This document shows, in pieces, positions 9,389 through 16,887 of a stretch of DNA of 30,986 nucleotides; the first letter of the stretch is position 1, and each line of letters begins with the position of its first letter. The translations under genes were made by a program, and so were the position numbers. This stretch comes from a virus (taxonomy: Duplodnaviria > Caudoviricetes), in the IMG/VR virus record IMGVR_UViG_3300017902_000317, positions 1-30,986 of that record; one strand, 5' to 3'. The notes below the pieces were generated by a model that saw only the letters and a list, made by a program, of their open reading frames with translations, did not search any database and had not been told where the DNA came from.

Positions 9389-10410
9389 GATATTTTAGTA
9401 ATGGTGCAGACGTTAAATCTGGTAGTAGATTACTAACGGATTTTGAAAGAAGTTTTACATGCAAACTTCTTAGTGTCTTACCAGAAGATACCTGTCTTGT
9501 AAACACCACATGGTTGGGCGATGAGATTACACTGGACAAGTTATCAAAGTGGGAAACAGATAAGAGAAGGGCTTTGTTATATTCTGGTATGGATTGGGAG
9601 AACACTACATGCACTCCGCAGAGTAAAACTGGCCACGATCATTTACACGATAGATTTGATTGCACAAATATCGGCAACGTTTCTGATGGTCACTACTTTA
9701 GTTTTTGGTTAGAATTCATATGTCAACATGCTTCTTATTTTTTTGATGGAGCATACTGTCTGAGACCCAAAATAGAATATCACTATATGTGTTTGAATAA
9801 TAAATGCAACGATCACAGGGCGTTGTTGTTGAATTCTATGTGGGAAGATGTCGATGTGTGGAACAAGGGAAACATTTCTGTGTTGACCCCCGATGAACGA
9901 TATACCTTTGAAGGCCCTATCGTTTTGGACGAAGATAGACCCCCTAGTTTATCAAACATGTTTCACGAGTGGGAAAAACTTTCTGATACTCATATATCAA
10001 ATGATATTGTATCCTTGGGTGATCCTGCTCACTGGAGGACTCACTTTGCTACTGTTGTTACAGAGAGTTGTCATCACTCAGATGTGTTTCTTAGTGAGAA
10101 GATATTCAAACCATTGATAGGACTCAGACCGTTTTTGGCAGTAGGAGATAAGAATCTGTATCCCAAACTTAGAGAATTTGGATTTGATACATTTGAAGAC
10201 CTTTTCCCGAATGTGGGCAAAGAAGAAAATAATTACGAAAAAAGATGTAGTAATTTGTTAGTAGATTTGAAGAATATCTGTCAATTGTCAATTTTAGACC
10301 TTGACAGTCTCTACAAATCAATTTATAATAGGGTAGAGAAGAACAGAAATACAGTTTTGACATTGATGATGTCAAACAAGAAATGGATAGAGGATTTAAA
10401 TAAGTTATGA
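9379..10410 (+). CDS. Hypothetical protein, paralog of the upstream glycosyltransferase-like C-terminal domain
   Basis: VVTES...FLSEKIFKPLIGLRPFLAVG...LREFGFDTFEDLF matches the motif in 7709-9388. Confidence 0.6.
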   Translation: MDVRYFSNGADVKSGSRLLTDFERSFTCKLLSVLPEDTCLVNTTWLGDEITLDKLSKWETDKRRALLYSGMDWENTTCTPQSKTGHDHLHDRFDCTNIGNVSDGHYFSFWLEFICQHASYFFDGAYCLRPKIEYHYMCLNNKCNDHRALLLNSMWEDVDVWNKGNISVLTPDERYTFEGPIVLDEDRPPSLSNMFHEWEKLSDTHISNDIVSLGDPAHWRTHFATVVTESCHHSDVFLSEKIFKPLIGLRPFLAVGDKNLYPKLREFGFDTFEDLFPNVGKEENNYEKRCSNLLVDLKNICQLSILDLDSLYKSIYNRVEKNRNTVLTLMMSNKKWIEDLNKL

Positions 10411-11546
10411 AGATAGGTTTTATTGGGTTTGGTAAATTAGGACAACCATGCGGCGAGGTTATTGCATCCAAGGGACACGATGTTGTTGCGTATGATGTAA
10501 GGGAAGTTGACACAAAAATTTTTCTGCGAAGGACGATACAGGAGACTGTAGAGGACAGGGAGATCGTGTTTGTTGCAGTTCCTACTCCACATGATCCAGC
10601 GTATGACGGTAGAGAACCGACATCTCATTTACCCCCCAAAGATTTTGATTACGATATTGTAAAAGAAGTTTTGTCTGAGGCTGACAAACACATGAACAAA
10701 AACCAAGTTCTTGTTCTTATCAGCACCGTGTTGCCTGGCACTGTTCGCAGAGAATTCATTCACCTAGTGAAAAGTGCTAAGTTTGTATACAATCCATACT
10801 TGATCGCAATGGGAACCGTTGCTTGGGATATGGTTAATCCTGAGATGGTTATGATAGGAACAGAGAACGGTGAGACATCACCAGAAGCAGGATTATTGAA
10901 ATCCTTTTACGAATCCATTATGGAAAACAATCCACGATATGTTATTGGAACGTGGGATGAGTGCGAGTGTATCAAGGTATTCTATAATACCTTTATCAGT
11001 GCCAAGATTGGTCTTGTAAACATGATACAGGATGTAGCAGAGAAACAAGGTAATATCAATGTTGATGTTGTTGCGAGAGCGTTGAGAGATAGCACTCAAA
11101 GAATCATGGGCCCTAGTTACATGAAGCCTGGTATGGGAGATGGTGGTGCATGTCATCCCAGAGATAACATTGCTCTGCGATACATGGCACACAAGTTACA
11201 TTTGGGGTATGACTTATTTGCAACTATCATGGATGCAAGAGACAAGCAGGCTCTCAATATGGCGTATGCGATTCTGAACGAGGGTCAAGATGTTTTCTTC
11301 ACTTCAGATTCATACAAACCCCATGTTGATTATGTTGAGGGTAGTTACAGTTTATTGGTGCAACATTTCGTAAGAGAACATGGCGGGAACATTGTAGATA
11401 AAATAGAGGACTCATCTGTTGTTGTCAAAGTCCATGAGTCCGATTATGTTGATCCTCAATATGAGGGTGTAGTGTTTGACCCTTGGAGGACACATAAGGG
11501 AATAAATACGTTACACTATGGTGATACTAGGAATACGGAGACATGA
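10407..11546 (+). CDS. ugd: UDP-glucose/GDP-mannose 6-dehydrogenase family protein
   Basis: Rossmann motif GFGKLG, VAVPTP, ISTVLPGT, catalytic Lys in KVFYNTF, and catalytic Cys in GGACHPRD. Confidence 0.9.
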   Translation: MKIGFIGFGKLGQPCGEVIASKGHDVVAYDVREVDTKIFLRRTIQETVEDREIVFVAVPTPHDPAYDGREPTSHLPPKDFDYDIVKEVLSEADKHMNKNQVLVLISTVLPGTVRREFIHLVKSAKFVYNPYLIAMGTVAWDMVNPEMVMIGTENGETSPEAGLLKSFYESIMENNPRYVIGTWDECECIKVFYNTFISAKIGLVNMIQDVAEKQGNINVDVVARALRDSTQRIMGPSYMKPGMGDGGACHPRDNIALRYMAHKLHLGYDLFATIMDARDKQALNMAYAILNEGQDVFFTSDSYKPHVDYVEGSYSLLVQHFVREHGGNIVDKIEDSSVVVKVHESDYVDPQYEGVVFDPWRTHKGINTLHYGDTRNTET

Positions 11547-11659
11547 TCAAGAAAATAATAAATTGGTTTAAAAAAAAGTATTGGGAATGGAAAACAAAAA
11601 AAGAAATCAAGAAAAAACTAGAGGAAATCAAAAAGCGTGACCCCTTCATCTATGATTAA
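11543..11659 (+). CDS. 38-aa Lys-rich peptide MIKKIINWFKKKYWEWKTKKEIKKKLEEIKKRDPFIYD
   Basis: Translated by hand; not in the ORF track. It has an ATGA overlap with the ugd stop, a GGAG RBS, and exactly fills the gap up to the carbamoyltransferase start. Confidence 0.8.
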   Translation: MIKKIINWFKKKYWEWKTKKEIKKKLEEIKKRDPFIYD

Positions 11660-13091
11660 TTGGGGTGTAAGTGCCGGATATCACGATGCTTCTATATCTG
11701 TTGTAAAAGGTAAAGAGATACTATTTGCCGGCCATGCAGAAAGATATTCCCGTGTAAAAAATGATAAACTTCTGAACAGTGGTCTTATACGAGATGCGTT
11801 GAAGTGGGGAGAACCAGATAATATATACTGGTTTGAAAATCCTGTATGGAAAACAACCAGACGCATCTTTGCTGGCCAGAACAAATGGTGGACAAACCCA
11901 AAAGATTATTTTACAATGGTAGGATACGAACCACCTTGTAAGATAAAGTGGGGCAGTCACCACAAGAGTCACATGGCCGCTGGATACTATACTAGTCCGT
12001 TCAGTGAAAGTGCCACTCTTGTTATTGATGCGATTGGTGAATGGACTACCATATCAATATGGAAGAATGAAAAAAGAGTTTGGGATTGTTCATATCCACA
12101 GTCTTTGGGTTTATTCTATTCTGCTATGACTGACAGGGTAGGACTCAAACCAAATGAAGACGAGTATATCTTGATGGGTATGGCGGCTTATGGTGACCCA
12201 GATAGATTTTATAAAGATATGCGAGAGACTTTGCTCTGGCATAAAGTGGTGGGTGTGGGTTTTCATAAGGGATGTCGATGGTGGAAACCAGAACTCACTG
12301 AAGAAGATTACTTTGATGTTGCTGCTGCCACTCAGAAAATATATGAAAACGTATTTGAGGCTTTGTTACAAAAAACTCAAGAACTCACAAAGTCTGGTAA
12401 TCTAGTTTTCATGGGAGGATGCGCCCTCAACTGTCTTGCGAATAGACTGATACCAAAGTATTTTAATGAATACTGGATCATGCCAAACCCAGGCGATGCA
12501 GGGTCATCACTTGGGGCAGTTCTTGCATCCACAAAACAAAAAGTAAAATTTCGATCACCGTTCTTAGGTTATAACATAAAGGGCGAATACCCCACTGATG
12601 ATATTTTACAAGAGTTGTTATTGAATGGTCTCGTTGGTGTTGCATCTGGTCGTGCTGAGTTCGGCCCTCGTGCTTTGGGTAATCGTTCTTTACTTGCAGA
12701 CCCCAGAGGCGAGTATATGAAATCCAGAGTCAATGCGATAAAACAAAGACAAGAATTTAGACCATTTGCACCTGTTATTAGACAAGAAGATGCCGCAAAT
12801 TATTTTGAGGTATCAGAGGGATTCACATCACCGTATATGCAAGAAGTTGTTGTTTGCAGACAACCAGAAGAATATCCAGCAATTGTTCACAAGGATGGGA
12901 CGAGTAGAGTTCAAACTGTAAAACGTAATGAACACGAAGGACTGTATAACCTGTTGACCAAGTGGAAAGAGGAAACAGGATGTGCCATGTTGTTGAATAC
13001 TAGTTTGAATATCAAAGGCGATCCCATAGTAAATGGACATCACGATGCAAAAGAATTTGAATCGAAGTATGGTGTCAAAGTATGTTGTTAA
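11652..13091 (+). CDS. O-carbamoyltransferase, NodU/CmcH family
   Basis: YHDAS, AERYSRVK, HHKSHMAAGYY, DAIGE, MGMAAYG, GGCALNC, EFGPRALGNRS, FRPFAP and LLNTSLN motifs. ATG at 11652 preferred over GTG at 11637. Confidence 0.93.
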   Translation: MINWGVSAGYHDASISVVKGKEILFAGHAERYSRVKNDKLLNSGLIRDALKWGEPDNIYWFENPVWKTTRRIFAGQNKWWTNPKDYFTMVGYEPPCKIKWGSHHKSHMAAGYYTSPFSESATLVIDAIGEWTTISIWKNEKRVWDCSYPQSLGLFYSAMTDRVGLKPNEDEYILMGMAAYGDPDRFYKDMRETLLWHKVVGVGFHKGCRWWKPELTEEDYFDVAAATQKIYENVFEALLQKTQELTKSGNLVFMGGCALNCLANRLIPKYFNEYWIMPNPGDAGSSLGAVLASTKQKVKFRSPFLGYNIKGEYPTDDILQELLLNGLVGVASGRAEFGPRALGNRSLLADPRGEYMKSRVNAIKQRQEFRPFAPVIRQEDAANYFEVSEGFTSPYMQEVVVCRQPEEYPAIVHKDGTSRVQTVKRNEHEGLYNLLTKWKEETGCAMLLNTSLNIKGDPIVNGHHDAKEFESKYGVKVCC

Positions 13092-14008
13092 AGTGGAAAG
13101 ATGGGACTGTTGTAGAGGTAGACCTTCTGCATTTCTATGGGTGTTCTTTTACTGCTGGTCAAGAATTACTAGACTACACTGATGGTCAGTTTACTCCAGA
13201 AGAACAAGAATTAAAAGAGAAACATCTGTCTTGGGCCGCAAAATTATCTAATTTACTAGAACTCCCTTTTGACAATCATGCCAGTGCCGGTAATTCTATG
13301 GACAACATGCGTTCACAGTTTTATCACGATGCAATGACTGGCGTTATCAAACCAGGCCATGCTGTTGTAATCGGAACCACTGGTTACTTCAGAGAGACTA
13401 GGTTTCACCCCGTAACAGATGATTGGGAATATGGTGGATACTTTCAAGAAACTAAAGTTCTTCATCCAGACGATTATGGTCGTGCTTTTGGTAGGGTTAC
13501 TAGCAGTTGGTCTTCATATCAGGGTGATGATGATTTCGCTCAAAAATATCTCAAAGAAAAACCACCCTATATTTTTCTCTACGAATACATGAATATCTGT
13601 AGGGATATGTTGTATATCGCACAAAGATTTGATATACCGATATTCTTTGTTCAGATTCTTGAACCTATATCAATAGACTACTTTTTAGATGAATATCTAC
13701 TTGTTCACTTTGGTTTTGTTCCCCCACCTCACGCAAAAACTAAACCGAAAGCGAAAAAAACCTACGAATATCTGGATTCTTTGCGCCATATGGAGAACGA
13801 AATACATAAGTATATTATAGGAGAGGACACCAATGCGTCTGATGAGATGTTACAGTCTCGTGGTTCACGTTATGGTAAGGTGTATGCAGTGATGAATGAT
13901 TTTTGCCTAAAAGGAACCGAAGATAGATTGCCTGGTGGCCACCCAAAACAACACATTCACGATAACTGGGCTAAATTTATTGCCGAAAAATTAAAAGTAG
14001 AAAAATGA
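13082..14008 (+). CDS. SGNH/GDSL hydrolase-like protein (putative acyltransferase or esterase)
   Basis: Block I-like FYGCSFTAG, block II-like NHASAGNS, and C-terminal GGHPKQHIH..WA. Confidence 0.65.
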   Translation: MLLKWKDGTVVEVDLLHFYGCSFTAGQELLDYTDGQFTPEEQELKEKHLSWAAKLSNLLELPFDNHASAGNSMDNMRSQFYHDAMTGVIKPGHAVVIGTTGYFRETRFHPVTDDWEYGGYFQETKVLHPDDYGRAFGRVTSSWSSYQGDDDFAQKYLKEKPPYIFLYEYMNICRDMLYIAQRFDIPIFFVQILEPISIDYFLDEYLLVHFGFVPPPHAKTKPKAKKTYEYLDSLRHMENEIHKYIIGEDTNASDEMLQSRGSRYGKVYAVMNDFCLKGTEDRLPGGHPKQHIHDNWAKFIAEKLKVEK

Positions 14009-14310
14009 GTAACGTAATAAAATTTCCAAATAAACGAGTATCTGAACCAACGGGATACAGGATCAATCTTTATACCGAAGATGACATAGCAATTGTTCTT
14101 ACTTGTCTCAACTTATCTGATGACATGGATGATAAAAGAAAGTGGGTTCGTAAAGACCTTAGAACAATGGAACCAGAACATGCCATCAATAAGATGAAGG
14201 ATTGTCTTGAAAGTCCTCTGTTATCAGACATCTGTAAAAAGAACATTTGTAGGATAATTAATTCAGTAGAAGTGCTTCCATTGTCCAAACTCTACGCCGA
14301 ATTTTCATAA
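14005..14310 (+). CDS. Hypothetical protein
   Basis: 101-aa ORF with an ATGA overlap; the N-terminus SNVIKFP is common in small phage proteins. Confidence 0.75.
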   Translation: MSNVIKFPNKRVSEPTGYRINLYTEDDIAIVLTCLNLSDDMDDKRKWVRKDLRTMEPEHAINKMKDCLESPLLSDICKKNICRIINSVEVLPLSKLYAEFS

Positions 14311-14319
14311 ATACTTGTA

Positions 14320-14472
14320 ATGATAAAACACATAGAAGAAAATAACACAAGTTATTTTTCCCACCTATTTAGGGCATGGACTTGTTCGGGTGCCCTTTTC
14401 ATTCACGGTCTTCTACCGTGGATTCTCACAGACTACGCTTCAAAAAAACTAAAGGAGGATACCCCCACTTAA
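14320..14472 (+). CDS. 50-aa protein, DUF6356-like (MIKHIEENNTSYFSHLFRAWTCSGALFIHGLLPWILTDYASKKLKEDTPT)
   Basis: Translated by hand. Has the H......SY..H...A......IH...P......AS pattern and is preceded by late-promoter-like CATAAATA at 14306-14313. Confidence 0.65.
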   Translation: MIKHIEENNTSYFSHLFRAWTCSGALFIHGLLPWILTDYASKKLKEDTPT

Positions 14473-14511
14473 CGCACGCCAGCATAAAATTAACCAACAA
14501 AAGGAACGATC

Positions 14512-15261
14512 ATGCCAAAGCGTAAATCTAATCTTCAACTTATACCAGACCAAACCCAAAGAGGCAATGGTGGTAATACAACGTTGAAGATGCGTATTGA
14601 TGATTTGATTACGATAGATGCTATGACAGAAACACAGGGCCAGTTTTTCTCAGAATACTCTGGTTCCAAAGCGATGATACTCCACGGTGCAGCAGGAACA
14701 GGAAAGACATTTATTGCACTATACAAAGCACTAGAAGAAGTGTTGATGAAGGGCGGGTTTTACAAGAAAGTTATTATTGTAAGATCGGCAGTCCCTTCCA
14801 GAGAAATAGGTCATTTACCAGGCGACCAAGACGATAAATCGGAGGTATATAAAACGCCATATGTCTTGATGTGTGATGAACTATTCCCCACCAAACAAGT
14901 GCCGTTTCAACGGTTAGTAGAACAAAAACACCTAGACTTTATGATCACCTCGTTTGTTCGTGGCTTGACACTAGACAATACTATTGTTATAGTTGATGAG
15001 TGCCAGAACATGAACGACATGGAACTCAACTCTATTATGACCAGAGTTGGAGTAAATAGTAAGATCATATTTGCTGGAGATTTTCGTCAAACAGACCTAT
15101 ATAAAAGAGGAGATGTCTCTGGTCTGAAGAAATTTATGACAATTGCTGATAATATGCCTTCATTTAAAACATTTGAGTTTGATACAGATGATATCGTAAG
15201 AAGTGATCTGGTCAGAGAATATCTGGTCGCTAGGATGAAATACGAGGATGAAGTAGCCTAA
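14512..15261 (+). CDS. phoH: PhoH-like ATPase
   Basis: GAAGTGKT, RSAVP..EIGHLPG, SFVRGLT, VDECQN, TRVG, GDFRQTD and DIVRS motifs. Confidence 0.95.
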   Translation: MPKRKSNLQLIPDQTQRGNGGNTTLKMRIDDLITIDAMTETQGQFFSEYSGSKAMILHGAAGTGKTFIALYKALEEVLMKGGFYKKVIIVRSAVPSREIGHLPGDQDDKSEVYKTPYVLMCDELFPTKQVPFQRLVEQKHLDFMITSFVRGLTLDNTIVIVDECQNMNDMELNSIMTRVGVNSKIIFAGDFRQTDLYKRGDVSGLKKFMTIADNMPSFKTFEFDTDDIVRSDLVREYLVARMKYEDEVA

Positions 15262-15272
15262 GGAGATAAGAC

Positions 15273-15320
15273 ATGAATACCTGTAAATGTTGTAAGTGTT
15301 GTTCTTGCGATTGTTGTTAA
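15273..15320 (+). CDS. 15-aa Cys-rich micropeptide MNTCKCCKCCSCDCC (metallothionein-like)
   Basis: AGGAG RBS at 15261-15265, 7 nt before the ATG. 8 of 15 codons are Cys, and it ends at TAA just before the next promoter. Confidence 0.65.
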   Translation: MNTCKCCKCCSCDCC

Positions 15321-15326
15321 TATCGC

Positions 15327-15355
15327 TTGACATTTGCTTATAAGTATAGTATGAT
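15327..15355 (+). promoter_or_regulatory. Sigma70-type (early) promoter
   Basis: TTGACA (15327-15332), 17-nt spacer, TATGAT (15350-15355), upstream of the exonuclease. Confidence 0.8.
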
Positions 15356-15379
15356 ACTATATTAATTGTAGGTTTTATT

Positions 15380-16051
15380 ATGTTTAATCATGTAACGGGG
15401 ATTGAGTTCCCCACATTAGTCCGTGAAAACTTTGAAGGGAAGCGGATGTATAAAACCGAGGGTGGTGATAGATTTCCGTCTGTCACCACCGTCCTCGGCC
15501 ATAAATCCAAACCCGCTATCAAAGCATGGCGAAAGAAGGTAGGTGCCGCTACTGCGAACAAGATCAGTAAACAGGCATCTGTGCGTGGCACAAAAATCCA
15601 CTCTTTGTGTGAAGATTACGTCAACAACGAAGAATTAGATTTCGACAAATTATCCTTTGTTGAAGTTGACATGTTCAATCAAATGAAACCACTGATAGAC
15701 CGCATTGATAACATTCATTGCGTGGAACAGTTTCTATACAGTGAACATCTACGTCTTGCCGGTCAGGCAGACTGCATTGCTGAATTTGATGGTAGACTCT
15801 CTATCATTGATTTCAAGACATCCGCAAAACTCAAAAAGAAATCATACATCAAGAATTACTTTGCTCAGTGTGCTGCCTATGCAATCATGTTTGAGGAAAG
15901 AACTGGTATTCCGATTGATACCTCAGTGATCATTATTGGTGTTCAGGCAGAAGAATCTCAACTTTTTGTCGAAAAACGTGATAATTACACAGAATATCTG
16001 CTAGAATGTCGTGATTTATACGAAAAACAGGTATTGACATCTGCTGCCTAG
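15380..16051 (+). CDS. PD-(D/E)XK exonuclease (Cas4/lambda-exonuclease-like, common in T4-like phages)
   Basis: PSVTTVL, RGTKIH, AGQADC, IIDFKTS and QCAAYA motifs. Confidence 0.9.
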   Translation: MFNHVTGIEFPTLVRENFEGKRMYKTEGGDRFPSVTTVLGHKSKPAIKAWRKKVGAATANKISKQASVRGTKIHSLCEDYVNNEELDFDKLSFVEVDMFNQMKPLIDRIDNIHCVEQFLYSEHLRLAGQADCIAEFDGRLSIIDFKTSAKLKKKSYIKNYFAQCAAYAIMFEERTGIPIDTSVIIIGVQAEESQLFVEKRDNYTEYLLECRDLYEKQVLTSAA

Positions 16052-16067
16052 TGTGGTATTATAAATA
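16034..16067 (+). promoter_or_regulatory. Overlapping sigma70 promoter and T4 late promoter for the tmRNA
   Basis: TTGACA at 16034-16039, 17-nt spacer with extended -10 TG, TATTAT at 16057-16062; TATAAATA at 16060-16067. Confidence 0.8.
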
Positions 16068-16070
16068 CAT

Positions 16071-16333
16071 GATCGGTCGTTGAAGTGGACTGAAAGGTTG
16101 TAGGACGGGAGTGCGATTCTCCCCACCTCCACCATAAGGCCATCCATGATAACTGAACAAGCCATGGGTGGTTTTATGATGGGGGTGAACAGGTTCGACT
16201 GCGATTGTATAGGACAAACCGAGACTGATTGACTGGCAAAGCGCCACTAATATAAACGCAAACGATGACGTTTATCCTCTAGCTGCATAAGTTAGACGGG
16301 GTATGGGTTCCACCTTGTTATCCAACGGGCCTC
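16071..16333 (+). ncRNA. ssrA: Two-piece (circularly permuted) tmRNA, tag ANDDVYPLAA
   Basis: Acceptor piece comes first: T-arm GGGAG-TGCGATT-CTCCC (16107-16123), then CACCTCC-ACCA (16124-16134). An intervening hairpin follows, then the coding piece from GGGGGTG (16181), which pairs with CACCTCC including G3-U70. Tag ORF is 16258-16290. The outer ends are approximate. Confidence 0.93.
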
Positions 16334-16356
16334 TTACAATAGAAAGGAGAAATCGA

Positions 16357-16887
16357 ATGGATGTCCAAGAGATTTTAACTTATGTAATTGGAAGTTTATT
16401 ATTACTAGTCCCAGTGACTAGTGATCCCAAACCACCGCTGCAAGAAGTTGTGGTTGAGGCTGAGAAAAGAGTGATCTTGAATGAGCGGGATGTTGCCTGT
16501 TTATCCAAAAACATTTACTTTGAGGCTCGTGGTGAGGGCACTGAAGGACAAGTTGCGGTAGCTCATGTTACCTTGAATAGAGTTGAACATAAAAAGTTTC
16601 CAAACACGGTTTGCGAAGTTGTTCACCAAGCAAAGGTATGGGATGGTCACCCCGTCAGATATAAATGCCAGTTTTCTTGGTATTGTGATGGTAAGTCTGA
16701 TAGGATAGACGATTGGCGATCCTATCATGCGATAACCGAAGTTGCTAGGATGGCATTGTTAGGTGACATTGAAGATAACACAAATGGTTCGACATTCTAT
16801 CATGCAAATTATGTCAAACCAGATTGGTCTAATCACATGGCGATTGCGGTAATACATGACAAACATATATTCTATAGGATGCGTTAG
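16357..16887 (+). CDS. Cell wall hydrolase, SleB/Hydrolase_2 family
   Basis: CLSKNIYFEARGE, AVAHVTLNRV, FPNTVCEVV, CQFSWYCDG and FYHANYVKPDW motifs. AGGAG RBS before ATG 16357; hydrophobic N-terminus. Confidence 0.92.
   Translation: MDVQEILTYVIGSLLLLVPVTSDPKPPLQEVVVEAEKRVILNERDVACLSKNIYFEARGEGTEGQVAVAHVTLNRVEHKKFPNTVCEVVHQAKVWDGHPVRYKCQFSWYCDGKSDRIDDWRSYHAITEVARMALLGDIEDNTNGSTFYHANYVKPDWSNHMAIAVIHDKHIFYRMR

Noticed and set aside
15380-16051. Cas4-like nuclease as a sign of CRISPR
   Set aside because: No repeat-spacer array or other cas genes were seen, and solo PD-(D/E)XK exonucleases are common in T4-like phages.
16103-16134. tRNA-like 3' end as a stand-alone tRNA or integration (att) site
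   Set aside because: There is no anticodon arm, it pairs with the downstream GGGGGTG and tag ORF, and no integrase is present. It is explained by the permuted tmRNA.
16059-16247. 62-aa minus-strand ORF (..GGGGENRTPV..)
   Set aside because: It is the antisense shadow of the tmRNA T-arm and acceptor, not a plausible protein.
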